Below the pieces are notes generated by a model. It did not search any database and was not told where the DNA came from. It saw only the letters and a program-made list of their open reading frames with translations. Positions 10,313-20,600 of a DNA stretch of 64,000 nt are shown here, one piece after another. The first letter of the stretch is position 1. Every line of letters starts with the position of its first letter. Source of the DNA: Urechidicola croceus (GTDB lineage Bacteria > Bacteroidota > Bacteroidia > Flavobacteriales > Flavobacteriaceae); assembly GCA_905181865.1 (NCBI GenBank), contig CAJIZG010000005.1, positions 414,705 through 478,704 of the forward strand. Direction: 5' to 3'. A program made the position numbers and the translations under genes.

Positions 10313-11854
10313 ATGGCAAAAGAACAAGATAAATTTAAAAGAGTAATATCACATGCTAAGGAATATGGATATGTATTTCAGAGTAGTGAAATTTACGATG
10401 GATTAAGTGCGGTTTATGATTATGCACAAAATGGTGTAGAATTAAAAAAGAATATTAGAGAGTATTGGTGGAAAGCCATGGTACAAATGAACGAGAATAT
10501 CGTTGGTTTGGATTCGGCTATTTTCATGCATCCAACGATATGGAAGGCTTCTGGTCACGTAGATGCTTTTAATGATCCTTTAATCGACAATAAAGACTCA
10601 AAAAAGAGATATAGAGCAGATGTATTGATTGAAGACTATGTTGGAAAATTAGATACTAAAATTGAGAAAGAAGTTAAAAAAGCAGCCAAAAGATTTGGTG
10701 AGTCTTTTGATAAAGTTCAATTTTTAGCTACGAATCCAAGAGTTTTAGGATATAAAGAAAAAGGGGATGCTATTTTAAAACGCATGGGACAATCTTTAGA
10801 AAAAGAAGATTTAACCGACGTAAAAGTATTGATTGAGGAGTTGGAAATTGTATGTCCATTATCTGGTTCAAAAAACTGGACAGACGTAAAGCAGTTTAAC
10901 TTGATGTTTGGCACCAAACTAGGTGCGAGTGCTGAAAGTGCCATGGATTTATATTTGCGTCCAGAAACGGCGCAAGGGATCTTTGTTAACTTTTTAAATG
11001 TTCAGAAATCAGGACGTATGAAAATTCCTTTTGGAATTGCACAGACTGGAAAAGCATTTCGGAATGAAATTGTGGCACGCCAGTTTATCTTCCGTATGCG
11101 TGAATTTGAACAAATGGAAATGCAATTTTTCATTAAGCCTGGAACTCAACAAGATTGGTATAAGTATTGGAAGGAAACACGAATGAAATGGCATTTGTCA
11201 TTAGGTATGGGAGAGGATAATTATCGTTTCCATGATCATGATAAGTTAGCGCATTATGCAGATGCGGCTGCAGATATTGAATTCCGTTTTCCATTTGGAT
11301 TTAAAGAGTTGGAAGGAATCCACTCTAGAACTGATTTTGATTTAAAAGCACATGAAGAATTTTCTGGGAAGAAATTACAGTATTTCGACCATGAAGAGAA
11401 TAAATCATATGTACCATATGTGTTAGAAACGTCTATTGGGTTGGATAGAATGTTCTTAGCGGTTTTCTCAAATTCATTACAAGAAGAAGAACTGGAAAAT
11501 GGGACTTCGAGAACGGTTTTAAAATTGCCAGCAGTATTAGCACCTACAAAAGCGGCAATATTACCATTGGTAAAAAAAGATGGTTTACCAGAGGTTGCTC
11601 GTGAAATTGTTGAAGAGTTAAAATGGGATTTCAACATCGCATATGACGAAAAAGATGCTGTTGGAAGGCGCTATAGAAGACAAGATGCAAACGGAACGCC
11701 ATTTTGCATTACTGTAGATCACGATACGTTGACCGATGATTCTGTAACAATTCGTTATAGAGATACGATGGAACAAAAGAGAGTAAAAATTTCTGAACTA
11801 AAAGGTATAATTTCTGAAGAAGTTTCCATAAGAAATTGGTTGATGAAAATGTAA
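10313..11854 (+). CDS. glyQS: Glycine--tRNA ligase (homodimeric, eukaryote-like type)
   Basis: LRPETAQGIF, FRNEI, FRMREFEQME, ETSIGLDR, anticodon-binding domain GRRYRRQD. Confidence 0.97.
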   Translation: MAKEQDKFKRVISHAKEYGYVFQSSEIYDGLSAVYDYAQNGVELKKNIREYWWKAMVQMNENIVGLDSAIFMHPTIWKASGHVDAFNDPLIDNKDSKKRYRADVLIEDYVGKLDTKIEKEVKKAAKRFGESFDKVQFLATNPRVLGYKEKGDAILKRMGQSLEKEDLTDVKVLIEELEIVCPLSGSKNWTDVKQFNLMFGTKLGASAESAMDLYLRPETAQGIFVNFLNVQKSGRMKIPFGIAQTGKAFRNEIVARQFIFRMREFEQMEMQFFIKPGTQQDWYKYWKETRMKWHLSLGMGEDNYRFHDHDKLAHYADAAADIEFRFPFGFKELEGIHSRTDFDLKAHEEFSGKKLQYFDHEENKSYVPYVLETSIGLDRMFLAVFSNSLQEEELENGTSRTVLKLPAVLAPTKAAILPLVKKDGLPEVAREIVEELKWDFNIAYDEKDAVGRRYRRQDANGTPFCITVDHDTLTDDSVTIRYRDTMEQKRVKISELKGIISEEVSIRNWLMKM

Positions 11855-11889
11855 GAGTTGTATTTTTAGAATAAAATTTAAATATTAAG

Positions 11890-11916
11890 AGACTCCAGCA
11901 TAGGAGTCTTTTTTTT
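11890..11916 (+). terminator. Rho-independent terminator of glyQS
   Basis: AGACTCC/GGAGTCT stem plus T7. Confidence 0.85.
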
Positions 11917-12011
11917 ATAGTAAACCTTTTGATTTTTTTAAACGAGCTATTTATTTATAACTTAGTACAAAAGTTTGTGATTTGTCTAAAATTTACTTAT
12001 ACCTGATATAA

Positions 12012-13205
12012 ATGAGAGAAAAACATTTAGTGTTTATACTTGTTGGATTCATTTCTATGAGTTCGTATTCACAGTCGGTTGTGACCGAAAACGAAATAAA
12101 TTCTAATATTCAGTTTAATAATATCCGAAAAGTAAAGGATATTGTTATTTATGAAGACGCTCAGTTTTATGCTGCGTTTCCTTCTGTCATTAAAAAACCA
12201 GATGGAGAAATTATGGTCGCCTTTCGTCATGCTCCGGATAGAAAGATATTTGGAGAAAAAGGTACGAATCACACAGACCCGAACAGTTATTTAGTTTCGG
12301 TAAGTTCAAAAGATGGCGAAAATTGGACAAAGCAACCGGAATTAATTTATGCGCATCCGTTTGGAGGGTCGCAAGATCCTTGTTTACTCCAATTAAAAGA
12401 TAGCACTATTTTATGTGCCAGTTATGGTTGGGCATTCGTTCGTCCAAGCGGGATTTCTAATTTGAAAGAACCATATTTCAAATCTGGAGAGGCAATCTTC
12501 TTAGGAGGGTATATTGTAAGGTCAACCGATGGTGGTACATCTTGGTCTAAACCTATCTATCCACCTCATATAGTGCCAGAAGTAAACTTCAATGCTTTGG
12601 GAAATCCGGTTCCGGCATACAATCGAGGGGCAATGTATGAAGGAAAGAATGGAAGGATTTATTGGATTGTAGCGGCAATGGATTCAAGTAGTTTAAAGAA
12701 AACGTCTAATCATTTATTGATTTCTAATGACAAGGGTTTAAATTGGGAATATGAGTCGGTAGTGGCAATGGATGATAAGATATCTTTTAATGAGGCGTCT
12801 ATTTATCAAACTCCTAAAGGAGATTTGGTTGGTTTTTTAAGAACAAGTGGTATGGACGATCAGGCCTGTATTGCACGTTCTACTGATGGTGGTAAATCAT
12901 TTAATTGGGAGCAGATGGGTTTTCAAGGGCATCCATTAAATGCGTTTCGATTAACTGATAACCGGGTATTGCTAACGTATGGATATAGACATAAACCCTA
13001 TGGAATACGAGCTCGAATTTTAAATGCTGAATGTACAGACTTTAAAACGGCATCTGAGATAATTATAAGAGATGACGGCGGTTCTAGAGACCTTGGTTAT
13101 ACTTGGCCTGTACAATTAGATAATAATCGTGTTTTAGTCACCTATTATTTTAATTTAGAAAATGGCACTCGTCATATAGCAGGAACTATTTTAGAAATAA
13201 AGTGA
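12012..13205 (+). CDS. Secreted sialidase-like BNR/Asp-box beta-propeller protein
   Basis: Signal peptide; Asp boxes SKDGENW, STDGGTSW, SNDKGLNW, STDGGKSF; the canonical F/YRIP is replaced by YAAFPS. Confidence 0.75.
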   Translation: MREKHLVFILVGFISMSSYSQSVVTENEINSNIQFNNIRKVKDIVIYEDAQFYAAFPSVIKKPDGEIMVAFRHAPDRKIFGEKGTNHTDPNSYLVSVSSKDGENWTKQPELIYAHPFGGSQDPCLLQLKDSTILCASYGWAFVRPSGISNLKEPYFKSGEAIFLGGYIVRSTDGGTSWSKPIYPPHIVPEVNFNALGNPVPAYNRGAMYEGKNGRIYWIVAAMDSSSLKKTSNHLLISNDKGLNWEYESVVAMDDKISFNEASIYQTPKGDLVGFLRTSGMDDQACIARSTDGGKSFNWEQMGFQGHPLNAFRLTDNRVLLTYGYRHKPYGIRARILNAECTDFKTASEIIIRDDGGSRDLGYTWPVQLDNNRVLVTYYFNLENGTRHIAGTILEIK

Positions 13206-13216
13206 AATCAGCCATT

Positions 13217-13690
13217 TTAAAACAGTGATTGTTGTTTCAATCTACTTTTAGGTTCTAGCATCCATTTTTTCGCTAAACACCCCATTATATCTGTTAAGGA
13301 AACATCGGAGCCAATAGTTCTATGACATGGTATAACAATCCAAATAGGATTTTTTCCGCTGTATGAGGCAACGGCTCTAATCGCCTTTATATTTTTCAAT
13401 TGATTTGCTTCCTCCAAATATGAACGCGTTTTTCCAAATAGAATATTTTGGCGTCCTTTCCAAACTGATTTTTGGAATTCAGTTCCTTTCGGATTCAGTT
13501 TTAGGTCAAATTCTTTTCTTTGGTTATTAAAAGATTCTTCTAATTGATTTGCACATTCTTTTAAACAATTTGAAACTTACGATTGAATACTGACTGTTGA
13601 ATGTTGAATGGAGTCGAAACGTGTCGAATTATCATTTAGAATTGAAATGGAAGAAACACCATTTTCATTCCCTAATATTTTTTACGGTTC
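13217..13690 (-). pseudogene. ogt: Methylated-DNA--protein-cysteine methyltransferase pseudogene
   Basis: GTEFQKSVW, GKTRSY, AIRAVAS and IPCHR are retained. There is an in-frame TAA at 13577-13579, a frameshift in the GYAGG region and no intact N-terminus. The upstream boundary is approximate. Confidence 0.88.
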
Positions 13691-13723
13691 CAATGAATGG
13701 TTTGATATATATATATAATTTGA

Positions 13724-14491
13724 TCAGATCCCAAAAATACTTTTTGAGTTTTGCGTAGTAATATTTGCGATTTCTTCAAAAGTCAACCCGTATATATCAA
13801 CTAATTTATCCAGTATATTTGTAATGTAACTGCTTTCATTTCGTTTTCCTCTATATGGTGTTGGTGCCAAATATGGAGCGTCAGTCTCTAGAACAATATG
13901 CTCTAGCGGAATTTGATCTAGGAACTTGTCAATCTTTCCATTTTTAAAGGTTGCAACACCTCCTATCCCTAGTTTCATGTTAAAAGAAATAGCCCTTTGA
14001 GCCTGTTCCAGAGTTCCTGTAAAGCAATGAAATATTCCAAATAATTTATCATCTTTTTCTGTTTCTAAAATAGTAAAAATTTCATCAAAAGCATCTCTAC
14101 AATGAATAACAATAGGAAGGTTTAATTCTTTTGCCCATTGAATTTGAGTTTTAAAGGCTTCTTGTTGTTTGGCTAAAAAAGATTTATCCCAATATAGATC
14201 AATTCCAATTTCTCCAATAGCATGAAACTTGCGAGAAGAAATCATTTCTTTTACATGTAAAAGTTCCTCTTTGTAATTCTCTTTAACCGACGTTGGGTGC
14301 AATCCCATCATTAAAAACACATTGTCAGGATAGTTTTTTTCCAAGTCAAGCATCGATTTTGTATGGGTAGAATCTATAGCAGGAATAAAAAAACGAGAGA
14401 CTCCCAGACCTAAAGCTCGTTGCATCATTGTATCCCTATCTTCATCAAATTGCGAACTATATAAATGTGTATGCGTATCGGTGATATTCAT
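13724..14491 (-). CDS. tatD: TatD family deoxyribonuclease
   Basis: DTHTH, IGEIGID, IHCRDA, HCF, LETDAPYLAP. Confidence 0.95.
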   Translation of the reverse strand: MNITDTHTHLYSSQFDEDRDTMMQRALGLGVSRFFIPAIDSTHTKSMLDLEKNYPDNVFLMMGLHPTSVKENYKEELLHVKEMISSRKFHAIGEIGIDLYWDKSFLAKQQEAFKTQIQWAKELNLPIVIHCRDAFDEIFTILETEKDDKLFGIFHCFTGTLEQAQRAISFNMKLGIGGVATFKNGKIDKFLDQIPLEHIVLETDAPYLAPTPYRGKRNESSYITNILDKLVDIYGLTFEEIANITTQNSKSIFGI

Positions 14492-14525
14492 AGAGATTAT
14501 TTACTTTTGGTAAAAATACCACTAA

Positions 14526-14981
14526 ATGATAAGCCTAAAAAGTATCCTTTTGAAAAAAAGATATATCAAAATAAAACTAAAAAAAACAAATACAAATCAT
14601 TTTGAAATTAAAGTAAAAATTAATGGAATTAAAGGGCGGTTCATTTTAGATACTGGTGCTTCAAGTTCATGTGTTGGGTTTGATCGGATCGAATATTTTG
14701 GGTTAGATGCTTTCGCTTCAAAAATAAAGGCGGCTGGAGCGGGAAATTCGGAAATGGATACACAAGAAGCAAGGAATAACAAGATTGAAATAGAAAGTTG
14801 GAAATATGAAGGGTTGGATTTGGTTCTTTTTGATTTAACACATGTAAACAAGGCTTTAAAAAATCATGGAGCCAAAAAGGTACATGGTATTATTGGTTCA
14901 GATGTTTTGGAGAAGGGTCATGCGATCATTGACTACCAAAAAAAGCGATTGTTTCTTAAAAAGTTAATTTTTAAATATTAA
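14526..14981 (+). CDS. Retropepsin-like aspartic protease
   Basis: FILDTGAS catalytic motif and GIIGSD. Confidence 0.9.
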   Translation: MISLKSILLKKRYIKIKLKKTNTNHFEIKVKINGIKGRFILDTGASSSCVGFDRIEYFGLDAFASKIKAAGAGNSEMDTQEARNNKIEIESWKYEGLDLVLFDLTHVNKALKNHGAKKVHGIIGSDVLEKGHAIIDYQKKRLFLKKLIFKY

Positions 14982-15009
14982 GAAGGCCTCAGGCAACTTT
15001 TTTGCAAAG

Positions 15010-15900
15010 GTATATGTCCATAGGTGAATAGAGTTGAGGTTGCCTTATAAAGCCCAAAGAGACCATCAAGGGGTTATTTGTAAGCGTTTGAAGCAACAGC
15101 GCACTATTGGTTAATTAATAAATGGAGTTATCAGTGTAAAACTTCTAATCCTATGGCATCACTTCGCAGCGGGACAATAATGGAAAGTTCTAAGTTATCT
15201 TTTATGATATAGTATAAGACTATATTTTTGATGAATGTTACTAAAAAAAGGTTTTCAAGTAAGGAGATAGAGCGTCAATTAGGATTAAAATGTTATGAGC
15301 CGTTATGGTTCGTGGTTCCTCAGTTGTGCAAAGCGATGGGGCAAAGTGATGATCGTTATATTTTGGAAGGAATGATAGAAATGAATGAAGGTTATTTATC
15401 ATAGAATCTTCAGAGTAAGTCCATAAAAATTAAAAGGCTAGACGTGGTAGTAAAACCAAGTCAAGTGTTATGATTATCGCAGAAAGTACCATTATTCAAA
15501 ATATTAACACAGGGAGAGTAGATAGGCAATTTAGATATTTTGGAGGGGAGGCACTTCAAGTCCATAAAATAGAAGACACAGATCGAACGCCCCGACAAGC
15601 CATAGAGATTGAAGAATTTATCGTTTTTACAGACTAAAGTACCTCATATGTCAATATTGCTGATTATCTCGATATCCATATTAGTAAAAATAAATAAACA
15701 GACTACTTAAGAAACTTTAATATGGGTACATATTGCTATAAGCAACGCTAAGAGAAGTTTTGTAGGAACGTATCATAAAATAAAAGCGAAATTTCTTCAA
15801 CTTTACCTGAATGAATTCATTTAGAAACTCAATAGAAGGTACTTCTGAGAAAAAATATTCGATAGATTAGTGATAACTTGTATTAGAGGTAATAGACATT
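15010..15900 (+). mobile_element. Decayed IS1595-family (ISXO2-like) transposase remnant, 5'-truncated
   Basis: Fragments across frames: SLRSGTIMESSKLS, FSSKEIERQLGLK, LEGMIEMNEGY, WVHIAISNAKR, LQLYLNEF, NRRY; many stops. Ends approximate. Confidence 0.85.
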
Positions 15901-15924
15901 TAAGGTGTGTACAAAAAAATTCAA

Positions 15925-16050
15925 TTAATACTCAAAATCTTCAGATTCTTTTACTTTAATTCTACGAATAATCAGAAAAATTAAAATCAACAAAGATGTT
16001 AACCAGAACCATCCGTGCATACTAAATACAGCCGTCGTCAAAAAATCCAT
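15925..16050 (-). CDS. Small 41-aa membrane protein downstream of ybjQ
   Basis: MDFLTTAVFSMHGWFWLTSLLILIFLIIRRIKVKESEDFEY*: one hydrophobic helix and a charged tail. ATG lies 1 nt after the ybjQ stop. Below the ORF-track length cutoff. Confidence 0.45.
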   Translation of the reverse strand: MDFLTTAVFSMHGWFWLTSLLILIFLIIRRIKVKESEDFEY

Positions 16051-16051
16051 A

Positions 16052-16341
16052 TCATTTCAATTTTACCGCAGTTCCGTGCGCTAATATTTCTGAACAACCT
16101 TGCGTCACTATAGAATGGGTGAGTCTAACATTCACCAAGGCATCTTCGTTTAATCTTTTCGTATCTCTCACCATTCTTTGTATGGCCTACTCCGAAAATT
16201 CAGCCTGTAATTTCGTATATTCTTGAGTCCTACGAAAATATCACGCCCTATATTTCGCGCTCTTACAGCAGTTCCTGGAGCGATTTCAAGGTGTTCTGTA
16301 ATTTATTTATTGGTAATTATTTCCGTAGTTGAGAATAGTAT
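16052..16341 (-). pseudogene. YbjQ/UPF0145 family pseudogene
   Basis: STTE..NK*ITEHL...AVRARNIGRDIFVGLKNI, SE*AIQRM...DALVNVR...QGCSEILAHGTAVKLK*; two nonsense codons and a small deletion. Confidence 0.85.
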
Positions 16342-16484
16342 AATACCTAATTTAATTTGAATTATAAATGTAATTAATTTGAACTGGAAACTAACTTAAT
16401 TAGAATGCTATTTATAATTATTATAAATAATGAATATTCTATATATAAATGTAGAATTAACTTCCCTATAAAATCAATTTTGGC

Positions 16485-16492
16485 TAAATTTG
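16485..16492 (+). promoter_or_regulatory. -7 promoter element TAAATTTG of the nqr operon
   Basis: TAnnTTTG about 40 bp upstream of nqrA. Confidence 0.65.
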
Positions 16493-16534
16493 CAGCGCTT
16501 TTTAGAGGCAAAAAACTTAATTCAAATTTAGAAT

Positions 16535-17887
16535 ATGTCAACAGACATCCGAATCAAGAAAGGGTTGGACATTAAATTGAAAGGCGAAGCAGCTCAAGTT
16601 ACCACCAACGCTTTAGCCAGCAACGTATATTCATTGCTACCCGCAGATTTTCACGGAATTATTCCTAAGCTTATTGCAAAGGCAGGCACCAAGGTAAAAG
16701 CAGGTGAGGCTATTTTTCACAATAAAGAGAACGATCAAATGGTGTTTGTTTCTCCTGTGAGCGGTGAGGTCTTGGAAATTATTCGTGGGGAAAAAAGAAA
16801 GATCTTAGCAGTAAAAATTACTGCAGATAAAGATCAATCTTATTTTGAAAATAAGGCGATTGATGTGAAAGTAGTTGATGCCGAAACCATCAAGAGTATA
16901 TTGCTTTCTTCTGGCTGTTGGCCTTTTATAAAACAACGTCCTTACGATGTAATTGCAAATCCGAATGTTGCACCAAAAGCAATTTTCGTTTCAGCATATT
17001 CAAGCGCTCCTTTAACAGCAAATTACGATTATGTGTTAGAAGGAAAAGAAACTGAGTTGCAAGCAGCAATTACTGCTTTAGGGAAATTGACAGAAGGTGC
17101 AGTTCACGTTTCTGTAGGTGCAGATTCTAATTCACCTTTGGATGGCCTAGATGGAATTACTTTACATAAAGTTTCAGGTCCGCATCCATCAGGAAATGTT
17201 GGAACTCAAATTGCGCAAATAGATCCTGTTAATAAAGGAGAAGTTGTTTGGACAGTTACTCCTCAAGATTTGGTAATTATTGGCGAGACATTATTAACTG
17301 GGAAATTCAACGCAGAACGTATCATCGCGGTTGGAGGATCTATTGTGAAAACTCCGAAATACTATAGAACTATAATCGGAGCTGAAGTTTCTACATTTGT
17401 GTATGACGCTGGTGTTGAAAGTGATGAATTTAGATTGATTTCAGGAAATGTATTAACTGGACGTGCAATCAAACCAGATGGGTTTTTAGGATACTATGAC
17501 AATACTGTGACTTTAATTCCTGAAGGAAATTATTACGAATTATTTGGATGGAACAAACCGGTGTTTGAAAAGGTCTCTACTACGCGTGCATTAACTTTTT
17601 CTTGGCTAAACAAAAATAAAGTATATGATTTAGATACCAATACAAACGGTGAGCATAGAGCATTTGTTTTGACTGGAAATTACGAAGAGGTATTCCCTCT
17701 AGATATCTATCCATTGCAATTATTAAAGGCTTGTATGTACCAAGATTTAGATGAAATGGAAGCACTAGGAATGTACGAAGTTGCTCCTGAAGATTTTGCT
17801 TTGACTGAATTTATATGTGTGTCTAAGCAACCACATCAAGATATTATTAGAAAAGGGTTGGACTTAATGATTAAAGAAATTGGATAA
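16535..17887 (+). CDS. nqrA: Na+-translocating NADH:quinone reductase subunit A
   Basis: IRIKKGLDIKLKG, SPVSG, GPHPSGNVG; first gene of a six-gene operon. Confidence 0.96.
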   Translation: MSTDIRIKKGLDIKLKGEAAQVTTNALASNVYSLLPADFHGIIPKLIAKAGTKVKAGEAIFHNKENDQMVFVSPVSGEVLEIIRGEKRKILAVKITADKDQSYFENKAIDVKVVDAETIKSILLSSGCWPFIKQRPYDVIANPNVAPKAIFVSAYSSAPLTANYDYVLEGKETELQAAITALGKLTEGAVHVSVGADSNSPLDGLDGITLHKVSGPHPSGNVGTQIAQIDPVNKGEVVWTVTPQDLVIIGETLLTGKFNAERIIAVGGSIVKTPKYYRTIIGAEVSTFVYDAGVESDEFRLISGNVLTGRAIKPDGFLGYYDNTVTLIPEGNYYELFGWNKPVFEKVSTTRALTFSWLNKNKVYDLDTNTNGEHRAFVLTGNYEEVFPLDIYPLQLLKACMYQDLDEMEALGMYEVAPEDFALTEFICVSKQPHQDIIRKGLDLMIKEIG

Positions 17888-17908
17888 TTATTCATTTCGC
17901 TCAGCGAA

Positions 17909-19135
17909 ATGAAAAATACTAAATATATGGCTCTAAAAGATAAATTACATAACCTAAAAGAAAAGTATAGAGGGACTAAAATGGCACCGTTGTTTAACGG
18001 ATTCCATACCTTTTTATATACTCCAAATGAAACGACACATTCTGGGTCGCATATTCGTGGGGCAGATGATTTAAAGAGAACAATGAACACAGTCATTATG
18101 GCATTGGTTCCTTGTTTAATTTTTGGAATGTTTAATGCAGGGTATCAACATCATTTGGCTGCAGGTGAAATTGAAAGAGTTTCTAGTGGATTCTTTAGCG
18201 CTGAATTTTGGAATGCTGCAAACTTTTGGATAGGATTTGCAAAAATACTTCCTTTGGTATTTGTTTCTTATGTTGTTGGATTGGGAATTGAATTTTTATT
18301 CGCAATCAAAAAAGGACATGAGATTGAGGAAGGATACTTGGTAACAGGAATGTTAGTTCCTTTAATTGTTCCTGTAGATATACCTCTTTGGATGTTATCA
18401 GTAGCCATAATTTTTGGTGTTGTTATAGGAAAAGAAGTATTTGGTGGAACTGGAATGAACATTTTAAATCCGGCTTTATTAATTCGTGCGTTTTTATTCT
18501 TTGCTTATCCAACTTGGATGAGTGGTGATAAAGTATGGGTTGCAGAGGCAGTTGAAAGAACTGGAACTGCAGATGCTATGTCTGGTGAAACTGTTTTAGG
18601 TGCTTTGGCACAGGGGCAAGAAGCCGCATATTCTGCACTAGAAATGTTCTACGGATTTATTCCGGGTTCTGTTGGAGAAACGTCAACCTTATTAATAATA
18701 TTAGGAGCATTATTCTTAATCTTTTCTAAAATTGGAAGTTGGAGAGTCATGCTATCATCAGTAATAGGAGCCATTGTAATGGGGTTGATTTTTAATCAAA
18801 TTACAGCTGCTGGAATCATTGGAGAAAACAGTAAGTTTTATGCTTTAATGAATACGGAGTTTTGGCAGCACTTAGTCTTAGGTGGTTTTGCTTTCGGTAT
18901 AGTGTATATGGCAACAGATCCTGTAACGGCATCACAAACAAATAAAGGTAAATGGATTTACGGTTTCTTAATAGGATTTATTGGAATTTTGATTCGTGTA
19001 TTTAACCCGGCATATCCAGAAGGTATAATGTTATCAATTTTGCTAATGAATGTGTTTGCACCAACAATTGACCATTATGTGGTTCAGGGAAATGTAAAAA
19101 GAAGAATGAAACGGTTAAAAGTTAAATCTGCATAA
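17909..19135 (+). CDS. nqrB: NQR subunit B (likely start ATG 17927)
   Basis: DLKRTM, KEVFGGTGMNILNPAL, SGET FMN site, MATDPVT. Confidence 0.96.
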   Translation: MKNTKYMALKDKLHNLKEKYRGTKMAPLFNGFHTFLYTPNETTHSGSHIRGADDLKRTMNTVIMALVPCLIFGMFNAGYQHHLAAGEIERVSSGFFSAEFWNAANFWIGFAKILPLVFVSYVVGLGIEFLFAIKKGHEIEEGYLVTGMLVPLIVPVDIPLWMLSVAIIFGVVIGKEVFGGTGMNILNPALLIRAFLFFAYPTWMSGDKVWVAEAVERTGTADAMSGETVLGALAQGQEAAYSALEMFYGFIPGSVGETSTLLIILGALFLIFSKIGSWRVMLSSVIGAIVMGLIFNQITAAGIIGENSKFYALMNTEFWQHLVLGGFAFGIVYMATDPVTASQTNKGKWIYGFLIGFIGILIRVFNPAYPEGIMLSILLMNVFAPTIDHYVVQGNVKRRMKRLKVKSA

Positions 19136-19137
19136 CG

Positions 19138-19887
19138 ATGGAAAAAAGAACTGATAAAAATTCTTATACGATCCTATTTGCTGTTATTATGGTGTTTGTT
19201 GTAGGTGCTTCATTAGCATTCTTAGCAACATCATTAAAAGGCAAGATAGACGAGAATAAACGTTTAGAAAAGCAACAAAACATTTTGTATGCTATGGGTG
19301 TTAATGATAACGATGAAAAAAGCGTTGCATTTATTTCTACAGATAATGTTGCAAAAGAATTCAGTACATATATTACGAAGCAGGTCATAATTCAAGGTGA
19401 TAATGTAACCGAAGATGACGAAGCTTATTTAATAGACTTAAAAGTTGAATCGGCGAAATCAAAAGAGGCTTCTTACCAAAGGCGTTTGCCATTATTTATT
19501 GGCGAAAAGGAGGGTGCGCCTTATTATATCGTTCCTATGCGAGGAAAAGGATTGTGGGATGCTATTTGGGGTTATATTTCTTTAGATAAGAACCTAGTTG
19601 TACAGGGTGTGTTTTTTGATCATAAGGGAGAGACACCTGGATTGGGAGCAAATATCAATCAACGATTCTTTATGGATGATTTTACTGGTGAGCATATTTT
19701 AAATCAAAAAGAAAATTTTGCAGGAATTGCAGTTTCAAAATCAAATATAGATCCTAAAAACGAACGCAAAACCGATAATGCGGTAGATGCGATTGCAGGA
19801 GCAACAATTACTGGAGACGGTATTGCAGCGATGATTAGAAAAGATTTGAGAATGTACATGCCTTATTTACAAACTTTAAAAAACTAA
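19138..19887 (+). CDS. nqrC: NQR subunit C
   Basis: [31 protein letters not shown] site. Confidence 0.96.
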   Translation: MEKRTDKNSYTILFAVIMVFVVGASLAFLATSLKGKIDENKRLEKQQNILYAMGVNDNDEKSVAFISTDNVAKEFSTYITKQVIIQGDNVTEDDEAYLIDLKVESAKSKEASYQRRLPLFIGEKEGAPYYIVPMRGKGLWDAIWGYISLDKNLVVQGVFFDHKGETPGLGANINQRFFMDDFTGEHILNQKENFAGIAVSKSNIDPKNERKTDNAVDAIAGATITGDGIAAMIRKDLRMYMPYLQTLKN

Positions 19888-19891
19888 TTAT

Positions 19892-20536
19892 ATGGGACTT
19901 TTATCAAAAAGAGATACAAAATTAATTACAGACCCATTAGCAGATAATAATCCAATTACAATTCAAGTATTAGGTATTTGTTCTGCCTTGGCAATTACAG
20001 CTGAGTTAGAAGCATCAATAGTAATGTCTATTGCAGTGCTGTTTGTATTAGGATTAGGAAACGTGGTAATCTCTTTAATGAGAAATATCATTCCATCGAA
20101 AATTAGAATTATTGTACAACTAATTGTTGTGGCAACATTGGTAATTATTGTGGATTTAGTTTTAAAAGCATTTGCGTATCAATTAAGTAAAACCTTATCT
20201 GTATTTGTTGGGTTAATTATTACCAACTGTATCATTATGGGACGTTTTGAAGCATTCGCTTTGGCAAACGGTCCTTGGAAATCATTTTTAGATGGTATTG
20301 GGAACTCATTAGGATACGCAGTAATCTTGATTATTGTGGGATTCTTTAGAGAGTTATTAGGATCTGGTTCTTTATTAGGATTCCCTGTATTAGGAGATGC
20401 TATCGAAAAAACTGGCGTATACGCATACGGTTATGAAAATAATGGGTTTATGCTATTGGCACCTATGGCACTGATTACAGTAGGTCTCATTATTTGGGTA
20501 CAACGTAATAAGAGTAAAGCATTAATCGAGGATTAA
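19892..20536 (+). CDS. nqrD: NQR subunit D
   Basis: [26 protein letters not shown]. Confidence 0.96.
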   Translation: MGLLSKRDTKLITDPLADNNPITIQVLGICSALAITAELEASIVMSIAVLFVLGLGNVVISLMRNIIPSKIRIIVQLIVVATLVIIVDLVLKAFAYQLSKTLSVFVGLIITNCIIMGRFEAFALANGPWKSFLDGIGNSLGYAVILIIVGFFRELLGSGSLLGFPVLGDAIEKTGVYAYGYENNGFMLLAPMALITVGLIIWVQRNKSKALIED

Positions 20537-20600
20537 ACTTAGTTGACGGTTTATGGTTGTTTGTAAATAACTAAAGACTAACCACTAAAAACTAAAATAT

